Position numbers and translations under genes: made by a program. A DNA stretch of 64,000 nt from a virus (lineage: Duplodnaviria > Caudoviricetes): the IMG/VR virus record IMGVR_UViG_3300033066_000410, positions 1-64,000 of that record. One strand, given 5' to 3'. The notes beneath the pieces are model-generated. The model saw only the letters and a list, made by a program, of their open reading frames with translations. It was not told where the DNA came from and ran no database searches. Shown here piece after piece: positions 63,008 to 64,000 of the stretch (positions within the stretch are counted from its first letter, which is position 1; the number at the start of each line of letters is the position of its first letter).

Positions 63008-64000
63008 TTACTTCTTCGCCGGTGCTACAGGTGCTCCACCTTTTGCGGCCTTAGCCTCTGCATCTGCTTTTGCAGTAGCTTGTGCTTTCAGGTCGTTCTC
63101 ATACTTAGCCTGCGCTTTTGTATAAGTTGCATACTTTTCTAACAGCTTCTTCTCATCTGCCGTTGGTTTGTATGTTTTGTTGGCGTTAACCTTAGCCTGT
63201 AGTGCCTGCATGTCTTTTAGGTTGGTAGGAATAGCCGGCGCATGTAAACCTTTTTCACGTTCCATCTCTGCCTTGGCTTTCTTTTCCGCTACCGTAGAAG
63301 GGAACCTTGCGGCAATTTCTGCATCAATTTGCGCTTTTGTGGCGGCAATTTCTGCTTTCAGTGCTACTTTAAGTTTCACTTCCTGTGTAATGCGGGTTTT
63401 TAAACCTTCCAAATACTCACGGTTCTTAGCCTTAGTAATATCAGCAGAAATATCTGCCAACACTTTTAGCTCCGTAGCTTTTTGGGCCTCGTGTTTATCC
63501 TTACGTTCTTGCTCGCGCTTTTGCTTTTTAGTAACATCGTTCTTAGCCTTAGCTGCATCGTTTTGCAGCGTTATAATGAAACCAAGTAAGTGTTGGCAAA
63601 GCTCTTCACCCAAATCTTTGTGGGATATAGGAACTACCTTGGTGCCTTTCACAATGGCGTAAGTGTAGCCTCTTTCGTCTACAACGTTCACGATTGAATT
63701 TTTCCTTGCGGAACAAACAACCGCATACATCGGACTTTCTTGCCCTGTAGATACTACCACGGTATCACCTATTTTGTAGATGCCGTCTGTATCAATAAAC
63801 AGGTTAGGCAGGGTTAAGTCGCCGTTGCTATACGTTTTAATGTATTCAGCGCAGGCAACCTGTAACCACTTTCTTTCAGCCGGAGTAAAGCAGTTCATTA
63901 AGTCACCATAAGAGTAACGAAGTTCCTGTTTTACTTCTTTTAGCGGCTTTAACTTGCACATAGATTCTACCAAATCAGGTGTAATCTTTGTATCTGTAGA
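63008..64000 (-). CDS. hypothetical protein, 5'-truncated by the window edge; KOW-like motif and Lys/Ala-rich coiled coil
   Basis: frame stays open to 64000; YKIGDTVVV; K/A-rich C-terminus. Confidence 0.7.
   Translation of the reverse strand, partial: STDTKITPDLVESMCKLKPLKEVKQELRYSYGDLMNCFTPAERKWLQVACAEYIKTYSNGDLTLPNLFIDTDGIYKIGDTVVVSTGQESPMYAVVCSARKNSIVNVVDERGYTYAIVKGTKVVPISHKDLGEELCQHLLGFIITLQNDAAKAKNDVTKKQKREQERKDKHEAQKATELKVLADISADITKAKNREYLEGLKTRITQEVKLKVALKAEIAATKAQIDAEIAARFPSTVAEKKAKAEMEREKGLHAPAIPTNLKDMQALQAKVNANKTYKPTADEKKLLEKYATYTKAQAKYENDLKAQATAKADAEAKAAKGGAPVAPAKK

Noticed and set aside
481-63662. All plus-strand ORFs in the track (e.g. 2546-3127, 28235-28693, 38878-39345, 47305-47595, 63168-63662)
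   Set aside because: They lie antisense to well-supported minus-strand genes, and their Ser/Phe/Leu/Pro bias mirrors the low-complexity sense codons.
1-64000. Stop-codon reassignment, as in some gut phages
   Set aside because: Long conserved genes are intact under the standard code, and TAG/TGA/TAA stops coincide with downstream starts.
1-64000. tRNA, rRNA, integrase/att sites or IS elements
   Set aside because: Intergenic gaps are short and none showed cloverleaf, rRNA, recombinase or transposase signatures by eye; tRNAscan-SE would be the definitive check.

Overview
A 64-kb slice of a large dsDNA tailed phage with a contractile (myovirus-type) tail. The host is most likely Bacteroidota: TAnnTTTG promoter boxes recur, leaders are A-rich without Shine-Dalgarno motifs, there is a DUF5675-like lysin, and two proteins have Gln(+1) signal peptides. 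Every credible gene is on the minus strand, so transcription runs right to left. Order of modules: (64-49 kb) small accessory genes, including an array of about 9 diverged 'WLQxxD' paralogues, a transglutaminase-like gene and queE; (48.2-43.7 kb) a fibre-like gene, a signal-peptide/collagen/SGNH-esterase protein and a lysis cassette; (43.6-34.6 kb) terminase, portal, scaffold, N4-gp56-like capsid and neck; (34.5-19.9 kb) sheath, tube, tail chaperone with a -1 slippery site, tape measure, baseplate and fibre; (19.6-0 kb) replication/recombination genes: SF2 helicase, candidate initiator, DnaC, DnaB, primase, FolE, SSB, RNase H, PolA, RecA, resolvase, MoxR ATPase + vWA, and a Cas4-like nuclease. 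No tRNA, rRNA, CRISPR array, integrase or transposase was seen. All family calls come from motif recognition by eye, with no database search. The most notable items are the paralogue array (one member frameshifted, one with a 45-bp duplication), two fibre-like proteins with Sec signal peptides, a partial 7-deazaguanine pathway, and strong GATC/GTAC avoidance.
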